A stretch of DNA of 64,000 nucleotides from an uncultured Acidobacteriota bacterium (GCA_963721715.1 CAVRKI010000001.1:53824-117823); one strand, 5' to 3'; positions 39,771 through 49,753 are shown, counted from the stretch's first letter. Notes: generated by a model not told the origin, from the letters alone. A program made the numbers and translations.

Positions 39771-40634
39771 ATGACGCCGACGCCGACCATCAGCTTCCTG
39801 AACGACCTCCGCGCGCGCGAGTCGGTCATTGCCGTCGAGCTGCGGCCGCCACGCGCGGAGCTCGAGTCGAACGCCGGCATCGACGCCTGGATCGACCTCT
39901 ATCACTCGATCCGATCGCTGACCCGGTTGGACGTGCGCGTGATGCTCACCGACAGCGCCGTCGGCGCCCAGGAGGAGAACAACCTCCGCCACCTGGTGGC
40001 CAACCTCGGTGAAGCGGTGGCCCGCACGCGCGTCGTGCCGTTCCTCACCTCGAAGCACTCGATGGAGTTCTGCCTGGCCTACGCCGACCAGACCGTCGAG
40101 CACGGCTTCCCGTCGCTGGTCGTGCTCGGCGGCGACAAGCACGTCGGCCGTCCACGCGTGGTCGAGCACGCGTGGCAGTTGCGCCAGCGCATCCGCGAGC
40201 GTCACCCCGGCCTGGAGCTCGGGGGCTGGGCCAACCCGGTCGCCGGGCCGGCACAGCAGATGCGGTTCCTGCTGGACCCGGAGGTCAACGCGGACTTCTT
40301 CCTGACGCAGATCGTCTCGCATCATCAGGCCGCCGAAGTCGCCGCCTTCATGGACGAAGGGTCAGCACGCGGACTGGAGATGCCGGGCGTGTTCGGCGTC
40401 TTCTACTACCGCAGCGCGAACGAGAAGACGCTGCGCATGCTGAACCACTTCCTGCCAGTGCCGGTGGACGGCCTGCTGCGCGAGTTCGCCGAGGGCGCGA
40501 CCGCGGTGGACATCTGCGCGCGCACCATCCGCGCGCTGCGCTCGCTCGGGGCGCGGCACTTCTATCTGAGCAACCTCCCCCACAAGGGCACGGCCGGCGT
40601 GCTGAAACAGATTCTGGAACGCGCGGAGGCCTGA
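39771..40634 (+). CDS. methylenetetrahydrofolate reductase (MetF)-like protein
   Basis: Intact 287-aa ORF with a weak but collinear MTHFR TIM-barrel pattern (IAVELRPPR, VVLGGDK, ADFFLTQIV, PGVFGVFYYRS). Confidence 0.65.
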   Translation: MTPTPTISFLNDLRARESVIAVELRPPRAELESNAGIDAWIDLYHSIRSLTRLDVRVMLTDSAVGAQEENNLRHLVANLGEAVARTRVVPFLTSKHSMEFCLAYADQTVEHGFPSLVVLGGDKHVGRPRVVEHAWQLRQRIRERHPGLELGGWANPVAGPAQQMRFLLDPEVNADFFLTQIVSHHQAAEVAAFMDEGSARGLEMPGVFGVFYYRSANEKTLRMLNHFLPVPVDGLLREFAEGATAVDICARTIRALRSLGARHFYLSNLPHKGTAGVLKQILERAEA

Positions 40635-40694
40635 CGGGCCGCGCCAGCGATGTCCCATGGCAAGGCCGTCAGCCACCCGAGATCAAGGAGCCAC

Positions 40695-41015
40695 ATGATG
40701 TCGCAGTACGTTGCCGCCCAGGCGCAGTTGCAGCAGCGCCTCGAGCAGATTCTCCGCCAGACGGGGACCATCGAAGGCGACCTTCGTCAGCCTCACGATC
40801 GCGACCTGGAGGAGCGTGCGATCGAGGCCGAGAACGATGAGGTGATGGCGGGGCTCGACGAGATGAGCCGTGCCGAAGCGGGCGAGATTCGTGACGCGTT
40901 GAGGCGCATCGACAACGGGACCTACGGCACGTGTGCCCGCTGCGGGCAGCCGATCGGCCCGGCACGCCTGGCTGCCGTACCCAGCACACCCTTCTGCCTC
41001 GCCTGCGCACGGTAG
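40695..41015 (+). CDS. TraR/DksA family C4 zinc-finger protein
   Basis: CARCGQPIGPARLAAVPSTPFCLAC. AAGGAG precedes ATG 40695; the ORF opens at 40650. Confidence 0.8.
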   Translation: MMSQYVAAQAQLQQRLEQILRQTGTIEGDLRQPHDRDLEERAIEAENDEVMAGLDEMSRAEAGEIRDALRRIDNGTYGTCARCGQPIGPARLAAVPSTPFCLACAR

Positions 41016-41042
41016 CGCGTGCGCGCGGGGGCAGACGACGGA

Positions 41043-41786
41043 TTACGGACGGATGAGCATGTAGATCGCGATCAGGACCAGCAGCCCTGAGAATCCCTGT
41101 TGGAGCCGGCCGGCAGGAACACGTCCAGCCAGCGCCCCTCCGGCAATCGCGCCGAGCGAGGCGATGCCGGCGAAGAGCGCCACGACCTCCCACTCGAAGT
41201 CGACCCTGCCGAGATATCCGACCAGCCCGGCTCCTGCGCTGAGGGCGATCACCAGCAGCGACACGCTCGTCGCCTGGTGCATGGGCAACCCGCCCGCGAG
41301 CACCAGGGCCGGCACGATCAGGAAGCCGCCGCCGATGCCAACCAGCCCGGTGAGCAGGCCGACGCCCACGCCGAGCACCACGATCAGCAGCGGATGCGGT
41401 GCGTGGGATGCGGGAGGCGCGAGTCCCGTGCCGCGAGATCGCTGCCACATCGCGCCGGCTGCCGCGAGCATGATCAGCGCCAGTAGGATCAACTGCATGC
41501 GACCGTCGAGGAACGAAGCCAGCCGCGCACCGGCATACGCCCCGGCCATGGTGGCAGGACCCATGAGCGCCGCCGGTCCGAGCGGCAGCGTCCCGCGCCG
41601 CATCGCCGCCAACGCGCCGGCCGCCGCCGCCGTGCCCACGACCGGCAGGCTCATCGCAATGGCCTGCTTCGCCTCGTAGCCAAGCACATAGGTGAACACC
41701 GGCACGGTGAGAATGGAGCCGCCGCCCCCGAGCAGCCCGAGGGCCAGGCCGATGACCACCGCCAGAAGCCATGCGACGACGGTCAC
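41043..41786 (-). CDS. sulfite exporter TauE/SafE family membrane protein
   Basis: 247 aa, 7-8 Gly-rich TM helices, GTG start. Confidence 0.88.
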   Translation of the reverse strand: MTVVAWLLAVVIGLALGLLGGGGSILTVPVFTYVLGYEAKQAIAMSLPVVGTAAAAGALAAMRRGTLPLGPAALMGPATMAGAYAGARLASFLDGRMQLILLALIMLAAAGAMWQRSRGTGLAPPASHAPHPLLIVVLGVGVGLLTGLVGIGGGFLIVPALVLAGGLPMHQATSVSLLVIALSAGAGLVGYLGRVDFEWEVVALFAGIASLGAIAGGALAGRVPAGRLQQGFSGLLVLIAIYMLIRP

Positions 41787-41832
41787 GGTTTCGGTGCCCG
41801 CATCTGTGGATCACGAGAGTACCACGCGCGAA

Positions 41833-41857
41833 ACGCCAGATTTCACGCGTCTGGCGT
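41833..41857. promoter_or_regulatory. 8-bp inverted repeat ACGCCAGA-N9-TCTGGCGT
   Basis: Perfect dyad in the divergent spacer between TauE (41786) and the DUF1592 gene (41906). Confidence 0.3.
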
Positions 41858-41905
41858 GGATGGCACCCGTCAGGTCGTCCCTGCTATCATGCGTTCGGTA
41901 CAGGC

Positions 41906-44344
41906 ATGCGATACGGGCCGCTCATCCTTTCCGGCGTTCTCCTCCTCGGATCCGTTGGCCTGGCGGCCACGACGCGCGGTGCGGCCCAGGCGCCCCAGCC
42001 CGGAGGACCAGCCGCGATCCAGCCGGTCGGTCCGCAGGACGTCGTCACCCGCTCCTGCGTGACGTGCCACAGCGACCGCGCCAAAGCGGGCAATCTGTCG
42101 CTCGAGCACTTCATGGTCGAGGCGGCGAGCTCCGACCGCGACACCACCGAAAAGATGATCCGTAAGCTCCGGGCCGGGCAGATGCCGCCGCCCGGCAGCC
42201 GCCGCCCCGATCCGGCGGTGCTGGCCAGACTCACCCAGGCGCTCGAAACGCAGATGGATCAGGCCGAAGCGGCGCCGCCAGGACGACGAACGTTCCAGCG
42301 GTTGAACCGGGCCGAGTACGCGCAGTCGGTGCGCGACCTGCTGTCGCTCGACGTCGATGCCGGCGACTACCTGCCGCTCGATCCGAAGAGCGCGAACTTC
42401 GACAACATCGCGGACGCGCAGCTGCTGTCGCCGACCTTGATGCAGTCGTACCTGACCGCCGCCGCGGAGATCAGCCGGCTGGCCGTCGGTGACCGGCGGG
42501 CCACCGCCCGCGAAATCACGTTCGACGTGCCTCGCTGGGTGTCGCAGCGCGAGCAGGTCGACGGCGCTCCGTTCGGCACGCGCGGCGGGCTGTCGGTCGA
42601 GCACACGTTCCCCGCGGACGGTGACTACCGCTTTCGAGTCTCCTTCTATTACGAGACGACCGGCGCGCTCTATGGCAACGGCCGCGCCGCCCTTCACACC
42701 GCCGAAGCGCCGGAACAGATCGAGATTTCGGTGGATGGCGCTCGCGCGGCGCTGCTCGACATCGATCGCTGGATGAGTTCCTCCGATCCCGACGGCCTCA
42801 ACCTGGCGACCGAGCCCATTCGCATCACCGCCGGACCGCACCGCGTGTCGGCGGCGTTCATCAGGCGGTTCGAAGGCCCGGTACAGGATCTGATGTCGCC
42901 GCTCGACTGGTCAATCGCCAGCACCAGCATCGCCGACGCCTACGGCTTCACCACGCTGCCCCACCTCCGGGACATGGCCATCACCGGGCCGTTCAGCGTG
43001 AGCGGCGTGTCCGAGACGCCGAGCCGCCGCACCATCTTCACCTGTCATCCCGCCACCGCACCGCAGCAGGCCAGCTGCGCCCACGACATCGTCTCGCGGC
43101 TGGCGACGCAGGCATTCCGCAGGCCGGTCACCGAGCGCGACACCGCGGCGCTGATGGGCCTGTACCAGAAGGGCGCGGCCGAGGACGGGTTCGAGTCCGG
43201 GATCCGGCTGGCGCTCGAGGGCATTCTCGCCAGCCCGCGCTTCGTGTTCCGCTTCGAGGAGCGTCCGGCCGCGGCGCGCGCGGGCGAGGCCTACGCGCTC
43301 AACGACTTCGACCTCGCCTCGCGGCTGTCGTTTTTCCTGTGGGCGAGCGCACCGGACGAACCGCTGCGCCAGCTGGCCGCGGCGGGACGACTGTCCGCGC
43401 CCGGGGTCCTCGAACAGCAGGTGAAACGGATGCTCGCCGACCCGCGGTCCGAGGCGCTGGCCTCGCGCTTTGCGTCGCAGTGGCTGCGGCTGCAGGATCT
43501 CGACAAGCTGAATCCAGACGTCCGCTTCTATCCCGACTTCGACGAACAGTTGAAGTCCGCGATGCGGCGCGAGACCGAGATGTTCTTCGCGAATCTGGTG
43601 CGCGAGGACCGCCCGGTGCTGGACCTGTTCGCGTCCAACTACACCTTCCTCAACGAGCGGCTGGCGCGTCACTACCGGATTCCGGGCGTGGTCGGCAGCC
43701 AGTTCCGCAAGGTCACCTATCCCGACGATCGCCGCGGCGGGCTGCTTGGCCAGGGCAGCGTCCTGACGCTGACCTCGCACGCGGACCGCACCTCGCCGGT
43801 GCTGCGCGGCAAGTGGGTGATGGAGGTGCTGCTGGGCACGCCGCCGCCGGCGCCGCCACCGAACGTGCCCGATCTGGACGCCACGCCCGATGCCGAGGAC
43901 GGCCGCCTGCGCACCGTCCGGCAGCGCATGGAGCAGCACCGCGCCAACCCAGCCTGCAACTCGTGCCACCGCATGATCGATCCGATCGGCCTGGCGCTCG
44001 ACAACTTCGACGTCACCGGCGCCTGGCGCATCCGCGACAACGGCATGCCGGTGGATGCCGCCAGCACCTACTACGACGGCACCCCACTGACCGGGCCGGC
44101 CGACTTGCGTCGCGCCCTGCTGTCGCGGACCGACGTGCTGGTGCAGACCTTTGCCGAGAACCTGATGACCTATGCGCTGGGCCGTCGGCTGTCGGCGTCG
44201 GACATGCCCGCGGTGCGGGCGCTCGTCCGCCAGGCCGCGGCGGCCGATCATCGCCCCTCGTCGTTCATCCTGGGCATCGTCCGCACGCCGGCGTTCCGGA
44301 TGAAGGGTGCGGAGGACGCGGCGACGGCAGGACCGGGGCAATAG
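41906..44344 (+). CDS. DUF1592/DUF1588/DUF1587/DUF1585/DUF1595 multi-domain protein with CxxCH motifs
   Basis: ATG 41906, signal peptide, SCVTCHS and ACNSCHR. Intact 812 aa. Confidence 0.88.
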   Translation: MRYGPLILSGVLLLGSVGLAATTRGAAQAPQPGGPAAIQPVGPQDVVTRSCVTCHSDRAKAGNLSLEHFMVEAASSDRDTTEKMIRKLRAGQMPPPGSRRPDPAVLARLTQALETQMDQAEAAPPGRRTFQRLNRAEYAQSVRDLLSLDVDAGDYLPLDPKSANFDNIADAQLLSPTLMQSYLTAAAEISRLAVGDRRATAREITFDVPRWVSQREQVDGAPFGTRGGLSVEHTFPADGDYRFRVSFYYETTGALYGNGRAALHTAEAPEQIEISVDGARAALLDIDRWMSSSDPDGLNLATEPIRITAGPHRVSAAFIRRFEGPVQDLMSPLDWSIASTSIADAYGFTTLPHLRDMAITGPFSVSGVSETPSRRTIFTCHPATAPQQASCAHDIVSRLATQAFRRPVTERDTAALMGLYQKGAAEDGFESGIRLALEGILASPRFVFRFEERPAAARAGEAYALNDFDLASRLSFFLWASAPDEPLRQLAAAGRLSAPGVLEQQVKRMLADPRSEALASRFASQWLRLQDLDKLNPDVRFYPDFDEQLKSAMRRETEMFFANLVREDRPVLDLFASNYTFLNERLARHYRIPGVVGSQFRKVTYPDDRRGGLLGQGSVLTLTSHADRTSPVLRGKWVMEVLLGTPPPAPPPNVPDLDATPDAEDGRLRTVRQRMEQHRANPACNSCHRMIDPIGLALDNFDVTGAWRIRDNGMPVDAASTYYDGTPLTGPADLRRALLSRTDVLVQTFAENLMTYALGRRLSASDMPAVRALVRQAAAADHRPSSFILGIVRTPAFRMKGAEDAATAGPGQ

Positions 44345-44350
44345 AGACCG

Positions 44351-44369
44351 CAGGGATCAGGGATCAGGA
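44351..44369. repeat. heptamer array, family B reverse complement (GGATCAG x2) running into the SD
   Basis: GAGACCGC [A GGATCAG GGATCAG GA] GAGACCGC AATG. An 8-nt direct repeat flanks the array. Confidence 0.75.
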
Positions 44370-44378
44370 GAGACCGCA

Positions 44379-45791
44379 ATGGGAGTGATTGCCGGCAAGC
44401 ACGTACCTCGACGCACCATGTTGCGCGGCATCGGCGCCACGCTGGCGCTGCCGTTCCTCGACGCGATGGTGCCGGCGCGAGCCCGATGGGACGCCGTGGC
44501 CAGGGCCGCAGGGGTCGATCGCACGCGGCTGGTCTGCATCGAGATGGTGCACGGCGCGGCCGGCGCCTGCGAGTGGGGCGCCTCCCAGCACCTGTGGTCA
44601 CCGGTGGACACCGGCGCCGCCTTCGACCTGTCGCCGAGCGCGTTGAGCCCGCTCGAGCCGTTCCGGAAGTACGCGACGATCGTCAGCGACACGGACGTCC
44701 GCGGTGCGGAGGCCATCACCCCGCCCGAGATTGGCGGCGATCACTTCCGGTCGAGCGCCGTCTTCCTCACCCAGACGCATCCCAAGCAGACCGAGAGCTC
44801 GGATGTCCGAGCCGGCGTGTCGCTCGATCAGATCTACGCGCAGCGGTACGGGCAGGACACGCCGATCCCGTCGATGCAGCTGTGCATCGAGAACGTGGAC
44901 CAGGCTGGTGGCTGCGCCTACGGCTACTCATGCGTCTACACCGACATGATCAGCTGGGCCTCGCCGACCGAGCCGCTGCCGATGATCCGGGATCCGCGGA
45001 TGGCCTTCGACCAGCTGTTCGGCGCCGGCGGGTCCGCCGCTGAACGCGCCTCTCGCCGGCAGTCCACGGGCAGCGTGCTCGACTTCATCACCGGGCAGGT
45101 GGCCGACCTGAACAAACGTCTCGACCCCAGTGACCGCCAGCGCATGGATCGCTACCTGAACGACGTGCGCGAGATCGAGCGCCGGATTCAGATGGTGGAG
45201 ACCCGCAACCAGTCCGGCGAAGCGCGCGAGCTGCCCGGGGCGCCGTCGGGCGTGCCCGACTCGTTCGACGAACACGTCAAGCTGATGTTCGACCTCCAGG
45301 CCCTCGCCTTCCAGGCCGACGTCACGCGCGTGTTCTCGTTCAAGATGGGCCGTGACGCGTCGAGCCGCGTCTACCCCGAGAGCGGCGTCACCAAGGGCTT
45401 CCACCCGGCCTCGCACCACGGCAACAAGCCGGCGAACGTCACCGAGTTCGCGCAGATCAACCGCTATCACGTCAGCCTGCTGCCCTACTTCCTGCAGAAG
45501 CTGCAGTCGATGGAGGAAGCCGGGCAGACGCTGCTCGACAAGAGCCTGATCGTCTACGGCTCGCCGATGGGCGATGGCAACGTGCACAACCACAAGCGCT
45601 GCCCGCTGGTGCTGCTCGGCGGCGCCCAGGGCAAGCTGCGCGGCAACCTCCATCACCGCGCCGCGGCCGGGACGCCAATGGCCAACGTGCTGCTCTCGGC
45701 GATGCACATGGTCGGCCTCGACGATATCGAGCAGTTCGGCGACTCGACCGGCGCCTTCGACCTGAGCGCGGGCGAGAGTTCGCGGGCGTAG
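44379..45791 (+). CDS. DUF1552 domain protein (Tat-type signal)
   Basis: MGVIAGKHVPRRTMLRGIGATLALPFLD and the signature FHPASHHG. Confidence 0.88.
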   Translation: MGVIAGKHVPRRTMLRGIGATLALPFLDAMVPARARWDAVARAAGVDRTRLVCIEMVHGAAGACEWGASQHLWSPVDTGAAFDLSPSALSPLEPFRKYATIVSDTDVRGAEAITPPEIGGDHFRSSAVFLTQTHPKQTESSDVRAGVSLDQIYAQRYGQDTPIPSMQLCIENVDQAGGCAYGYSCVYTDMISWASPTEPLPMIRDPRMAFDQLFGAGGSAAERASRRQSTGSVLDFITGQVADLNKRLDPSDRQRMDRYLNDVREIERRIQMVETRNQSGEARELPGAPSGVPDSFDEHVKLMFDLQALAFQADVTRVFSFKMGRDASSRVYPESGVTKGFHPASHHGNKPANVTEFAQINRYHVSLLPYFLQKLQSMEEAGQTLLDKSLIVYGSPMGDGNVHNHKRCPLVLLGGAQGKLRGNLHHRAAAGTPMANVLLSAMHMVGLDDIEQFGDSTGAFDLSAGESSRA

Positions 45792-45807
45792 GGGTCGGGA
45801 GATCGAT

Positions 45808-47625
45808 ATGGCCAGTACGCAACGTCGCCTTGTCGCGGCCGCAACCTTTGCGGGAGCGGTCGCGTGGGTGGTGGGGTCGGGGTCCGCGGGAATGGCGGCT
45901 TCGGCCGGAGCTCCGCAAGGCCAGGGGGGCGCCGTCGCCATCGCCACGGTGCGCGCGGAGGTCGCCGACGCCGCGATGAAGGGCGACCTCACGACGCTGA
46001 AGGCGCTGCTGGCCAGGCGAGTGGACGTGAATGTGGCACAGGGCGACGGCATGACGGCGCTGCACTGGGCCGCGCGCCGCAACCAGGCCGACGCCGCGTC
46101 GCTGCTGCTCGAGGCCGGCGCCGAGGTGAAGGCCGTCACGCGCATCGGCCGCTACACGCCGCTCCACCTGGCGGCGCAGGAAGGCGCGGATGCGGTGATG
46201 CGGCTGCTCCTCGCCCGCGGCGCCGAGGCCGGCGCCATCACCACCACCGGCGCGGTGCCGTTGCACTTCGCCGCCGCCTCGGGGAACGTCGCCACCATCT
46301 CGCTGCTGCTCGACGCCGGCGCCGATCCGAACGTGCGCGAGCCGCAGTGGGGGCAGACGCCGCTGATGTTCGCCGCCGGCAACGGCCGCGCCGAAGCCGT
46401 CAAGCGCCTGGTCGCGGGCGGCGCCGATGTCGCCGCCACCGCCAGGGTGATCGACATCAGCGCCCGCAATCGCGAAGACTCCGCCGAAAGCCGCGCCCGC
46501 AACGCGCGGATCGCCGCCATCCAGAAACAGCGTGCCGCCGAACGCGCCGCCGCGGGGCTGTCCCCCATCAGCGGTGCCGCCCGGACCGCCCGGCCGACCG
46601 CCGACAACGACGCCGGCAACGAGCCCGAACCGCTGGGCTACGCGGACCTGGTGGGCGCACAGGGCGGGCTCACGGCCCTGCTGCTCGCCGCCCGCGACGG
46701 GCACGCCGAGGCCGCCTTCGCCCTCATCGACAGCGGCGCCAGCATCAACCAGGTGAGCGCGGCCGATCGCACCAGCCCGCTGCTGATGGCCACCATCAAC
46801 GGGCACTTCGATCTCGCCAGGCAGCTGCTCGATCGCGGCGCCGACGTCCGCCTGGTGAGCGACGGCGGCGCAACGCCGCTCTACGGCGTGCTCAACATGC
46901 AGTGGGCGCCCAAGGCGCGGCATCCGCAGCCGGCCGATTACATGCAGCAGGAAATCGGTTACCTCGATCTCGCGGAGGCGTTCCTGAAGGCCGGCGTGGA
47001 TGTGAACGCACGCCTCACCAAGTCGCTCTGGTACACCACCTACAATCGCGACCTGCTGGGCGTGGACCGCACGGGCGCGACGGCGTTCTGGCTGGCTGCC
47101 TACACGCTGGATCTGCCGGCGATGAAGCTGCTGCTCCAGTACGGCGCCGATCCCAACATCCGCACCGCCAAGGTGCCGGAACGCTACGAGGAAGGCGGCC
47201 CCGACCCGAACGCGCCGGACAAGTCCGGCCTGCCGCCAGTGCCGTGGGGCGGACCGGCCGTCGCGCCCATTCACGCCGCATCGGGCGTCGGCTACGGCCT
47301 GGGCTTCGCCGGCAACACCCATCGTCATGCCCCCGATGGCTGGGTGCCCGCCGTGAAGTTCCTGGTCGAAGAACTGGGCGCCGACGTCAACGCCCGCGAT
47401 CACAACGGCTACACGCCGCTCCACCACGCCGCCGCGCGCGGCGACAACGATCTGATCCGCTACCTCGTGTCCAAGGGCGGGGATCCGAAGGCCCTCGCCC
47501 GCACTGGCCAGTCCACGGTCGATCTCGCCAACGGGCCGGTGCAGCGCATCCAGCCCTATCCCGAAACGATCGCGCTGCTCGAAAGCCTCGGTGCGGTGAA
47601 CAATCACCGCTGCGTCAGCTGCTAG
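45808..47625 (+). CDS. secreted ankyrin-repeat protein
   Basis: Signal peptide followed by at least 10 ANK repeats (G.T(A/P)LH.AA..G....LL..GAD.N). Starts 17 nt after the DUF1552 stop. Confidence 0.85.
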   Translation: MASTQRRLVAAATFAGAVAWVVGSGSAGMAASAGAPQGQGGAVAIATVRAEVADAAMKGDLTTLKALLARRVDVNVAQGDGMTALHWAARRNQADAASLLLEAGAEVKAVTRIGRYTPLHLAAQEGADAVMRLLLARGAEAGAITTTGAVPLHFAAASGNVATISLLLDAGADPNVREPQWGQTPLMFAAGNGRAEAVKRLVAGGADVAATARVIDISARNREDSAESRARNARIAAIQKQRAAERAAAGLSPISGAARTARPTADNDAGNEPEPLGYADLVGAQGGLTALLLAARDGHAEAAFALIDSGASINQVSAADRTSPLLMATINGHFDLARQLLDRGADVRLVSDGGATPLYGVLNMQWAPKARHPQPADYMQQEIGYLDLAEAFLKAGVDVNARLTKSLWYTTYNRDLLGVDRTGATAFWLAAYTLDLPAMKLLLQYGADPNIRTAKVPERYEEGGPDPNAPDKSGLPPVPWGGPAVAPIHAASGVGYGLGFAGNTHRHAPDGWVPAVKFLVEELGADVNARDHNGYTPLHHAAARGDNDLIRYLVSKGGDPKALARTGQSTVDLANGPVQRIQPYPETIALLESLGAVNNHRCVSC

Positions 47626-47723
47626 CGGGCCGGAGCGAGCCACGGCCACGCGCGCGCCTTGTGCCGACCGGCGCGAGCACCAGCCAGGGCCTGACGCGAC
47701 CAGGTGGCTTCGATCACGGCGCC

Positions 47724-49037
47724 ATGTCTCCCATCCCCCGTGAGCCTCCGGGCTATGATGACGGGCGAGGTGCCGACGTGAGCGCGCGAGACGTCATCGT
47801 CAACTTGAGAGAGCTGGCCACCCGGACCAGCGACGCCAACGGTGCCCAGCGCGTGGCTTGGGGTCCCGTGTGGCGCGACGCCCGGCAGTGGCTCGACGGC
47901 AAGCTCACCGAGCTGGGCCTGCACGCCGAGACGGATGCCGCCGGCAACAGGTGGATCACGCTGCCCGGCCACTCGGCCCGCACGGTGATCATCGGCGGGC
48001 ACCTCGACTCGGTGCCCAACGGCGGGTGGCTCGACGGACCGCTTGGCGTGCTCGCTGGCATCGAGGCGCTGTGCCGGTTCAAGGGCACGCGGTTGCCGGT
48101 GACGTTGGCGGTGGTGGACTTCGCCGACGAAGAAGGCGCGCGCTTCTCGCGCAGCCTGCTGGGCTCCTCAGGGGCGAGCGGCACGCTGGTGCCGGACAGC
48201 GTCAGGCACCTCGTGGACAAGCAGGGGGTGCGGCTGGTCGACGCCCTCCGAGAGAACGGGGTGGATCTGGACGGGATGCCCGATGCGCGCCAGACGCTGT
48301 TCGCACGCGACCCGCGCGCCTATCTGGAGCTGCACATCGAACAGGGCCCGGTGCTCGAGGCCATGGACAAACCCACGGGCGTCGTCATCGGCACCTACGG
48401 TGTCGAGCGCCATGTGCTCCGCTTCACCGGCCAGACCGCGCACTCGGGCTCCACGCCGGTGTCGATGCGGCGCGACGCGTTCCTGGCCGCCGCAGAGACG
48501 GCGCTCGCCTGCCGCGACATCGCGCGACGCCTGGCGACGCCGGATGCCGGCCCCTCTGGCGGCATCGTCTGCACGGTCGGTACCGTCACCGTCGAACCCG
48601 GCATTGTCACCGCGGTGCCTGGCGTGTGCGAGATCTCGCTCGACCAGCGGGCGCTCGATGCCCAGGTCCTGGCCCAGGCGCTGGCCGAGGCGCGCGACGC
48701 CGCCGATCACGCCGCCCGCGCCAACGAGGTCGCCGTGGAGTGGCGCCACGTGTGGCGGATCGAGCCGCGCCGCTTCGATCCCGCCCTGATCGAGCTGTGC
48801 GCCGAGGCCGCGCACGAGGTGACGGGTCACGCACCGCGACTGCCGTCCGGCCCCCTGCACGACGCGGTGGAGATGGGACGGCTGATGCCGGCGGTGATGA
48901 TGTTCGCCTACTCATCGAAGGGGCTGTCCCACTGCAAGGAGGAGGACACCCCCGAGCCGTACCTGGAACAGACCATCGACGCCTTCCTGCGGCTGGTCGA
49001 GAAGACCGTGGCCGCGGTCGCCGCCGCGTCAGCGTGA
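47724..49037 (+). CDS. M20 Zn-dependent hydrolase (allantoate amidohydrolase / N-carbamoyl-L-amino-acid hydrolase type)
   Basis: IIGGHLDSVPNGGWLDGPLGV, FADEEGARF, TAHSGSTP. Start is ATG 47724 or GTG 47778. Confidence 0.85.
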   Translation: MSPIPREPPGYDDGRGADVSARDVIVNLRELATRTSDANGAQRVAWGPVWRDARQWLDGKLTELGLHAETDAAGNRWITLPGHSARTVIIGGHLDSVPNGGWLDGPLGVLAGIEALCRFKGTRLPVTLAVVDFADEEGARFSRSLLGSSGASGTLVPDSVRHLVDKQGVRLVDALRENGVDLDGMPDARQTLFARDPRAYLELHIEQGPVLEAMDKPTGVVIGTYGVERHVLRFTGQTAHSGSTPVSMRRDAFLAAAETALACRDIARRLATPDAGPSGGIVCTVGTVTVEPGIVTAVPGVCEISLDQRALDAQVLAQALAEARDAADHAARANEVAVEWRHVWRIEPRRFDPALIELCAEAAHEVTGHAPRLPSGPLHDAVEMGRLMPAVMMFAYSSKGLSHCKEEDTPEPYLEQTIDAFLRLVEKTVAAVAAASA

Positions 49038-49054
49038 CGCGGCCGGCGCCTCGC

Positions 49055-49696
49055 TCATCGCGCCGCGACCGAATCCTCGGGCGTGCGCTTCTCCATCTGG
49101 AACACCGCGTCGACCGCGGTGTAGTCCTTGTAGCCGAGGCGGGCGATCGGCCGGATCTTGAGGATGTCGACCCGCCCGTCGGCGGTCAGCGCCGCGTCAT
49201 CGATGTGAACGGCGACGACGCGGCCGAACACCACGTGGTGATCCGATGATGGCTTGCGGCCGGGCAGGTTCACGATCTGGTGCAGCCGGCACTCGAAGTG
49301 CACGGGCGAGCCCTTGACGCGCGGCGGGCGCACGAGGCGTGACGGCAGCGGCTCGAGCCCCGCGGCGAGCATCTCGTCGACCCCGCGCTCGACGATCAGC
49401 GCGGTCTGGTTCATCTGGTCCTTCTGCGCCCAGGTCGCCATGTTGTAGACGAACTCGCCGGTCGCCTCGATGTTGGCGACCGTGTCCTTCTTCGCCCCGT
49501 CCGTCTCGTGCACGCCGGCCGAGAAGACCACGAATGGCGGATCGTAGCTGAGGACGTTGAAGAAGCTGAACGGCGCGAGGTTGACCACGCCCGCCGCGCT
49601 GATCGTCGTCAGCCACCCGATCGGGCGTGGCACGACACACGCCTTGAGCGGGTTGTAGCGCAGGCCGTGGTTGTTGGTGTCGGTCTCGTAGTACAT
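49055..49696 (-). CDS. flavin reductase family protein (FMN-binding split barrel)
   Basis: PRPIGWLTTISAAGVVNLAPFSFFN. ATG 49696 is preceded by GAGG; the ORF opens at 49735. Confidence 0.85.
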   Translation of the reverse strand: MYYETDTNNHGLRYNPLKACVVPRPIGWLTTISAAGVVNLAPFSFFNVLSYDPPFVVFSAGVHETDGAKKDTVANIEATGEFVYNMATWAQKDQMNQTALIVERGVDEMLAAGLEPLPSRLVRPPRVKGSPVHFECRLHQIVNLPGRKPSSDHHVVFGRVVAVHIDDAALTADGRVDILKIRPIARLGYKDYTAVDAVFQMEKRTPEDSVAAR

Positions 49697-49753
49697 GCGG
49701 CGCCTCGTGTTGGTGCGCATCGTACTCGGTTTCACAGGCGATGATGCCGTTCG

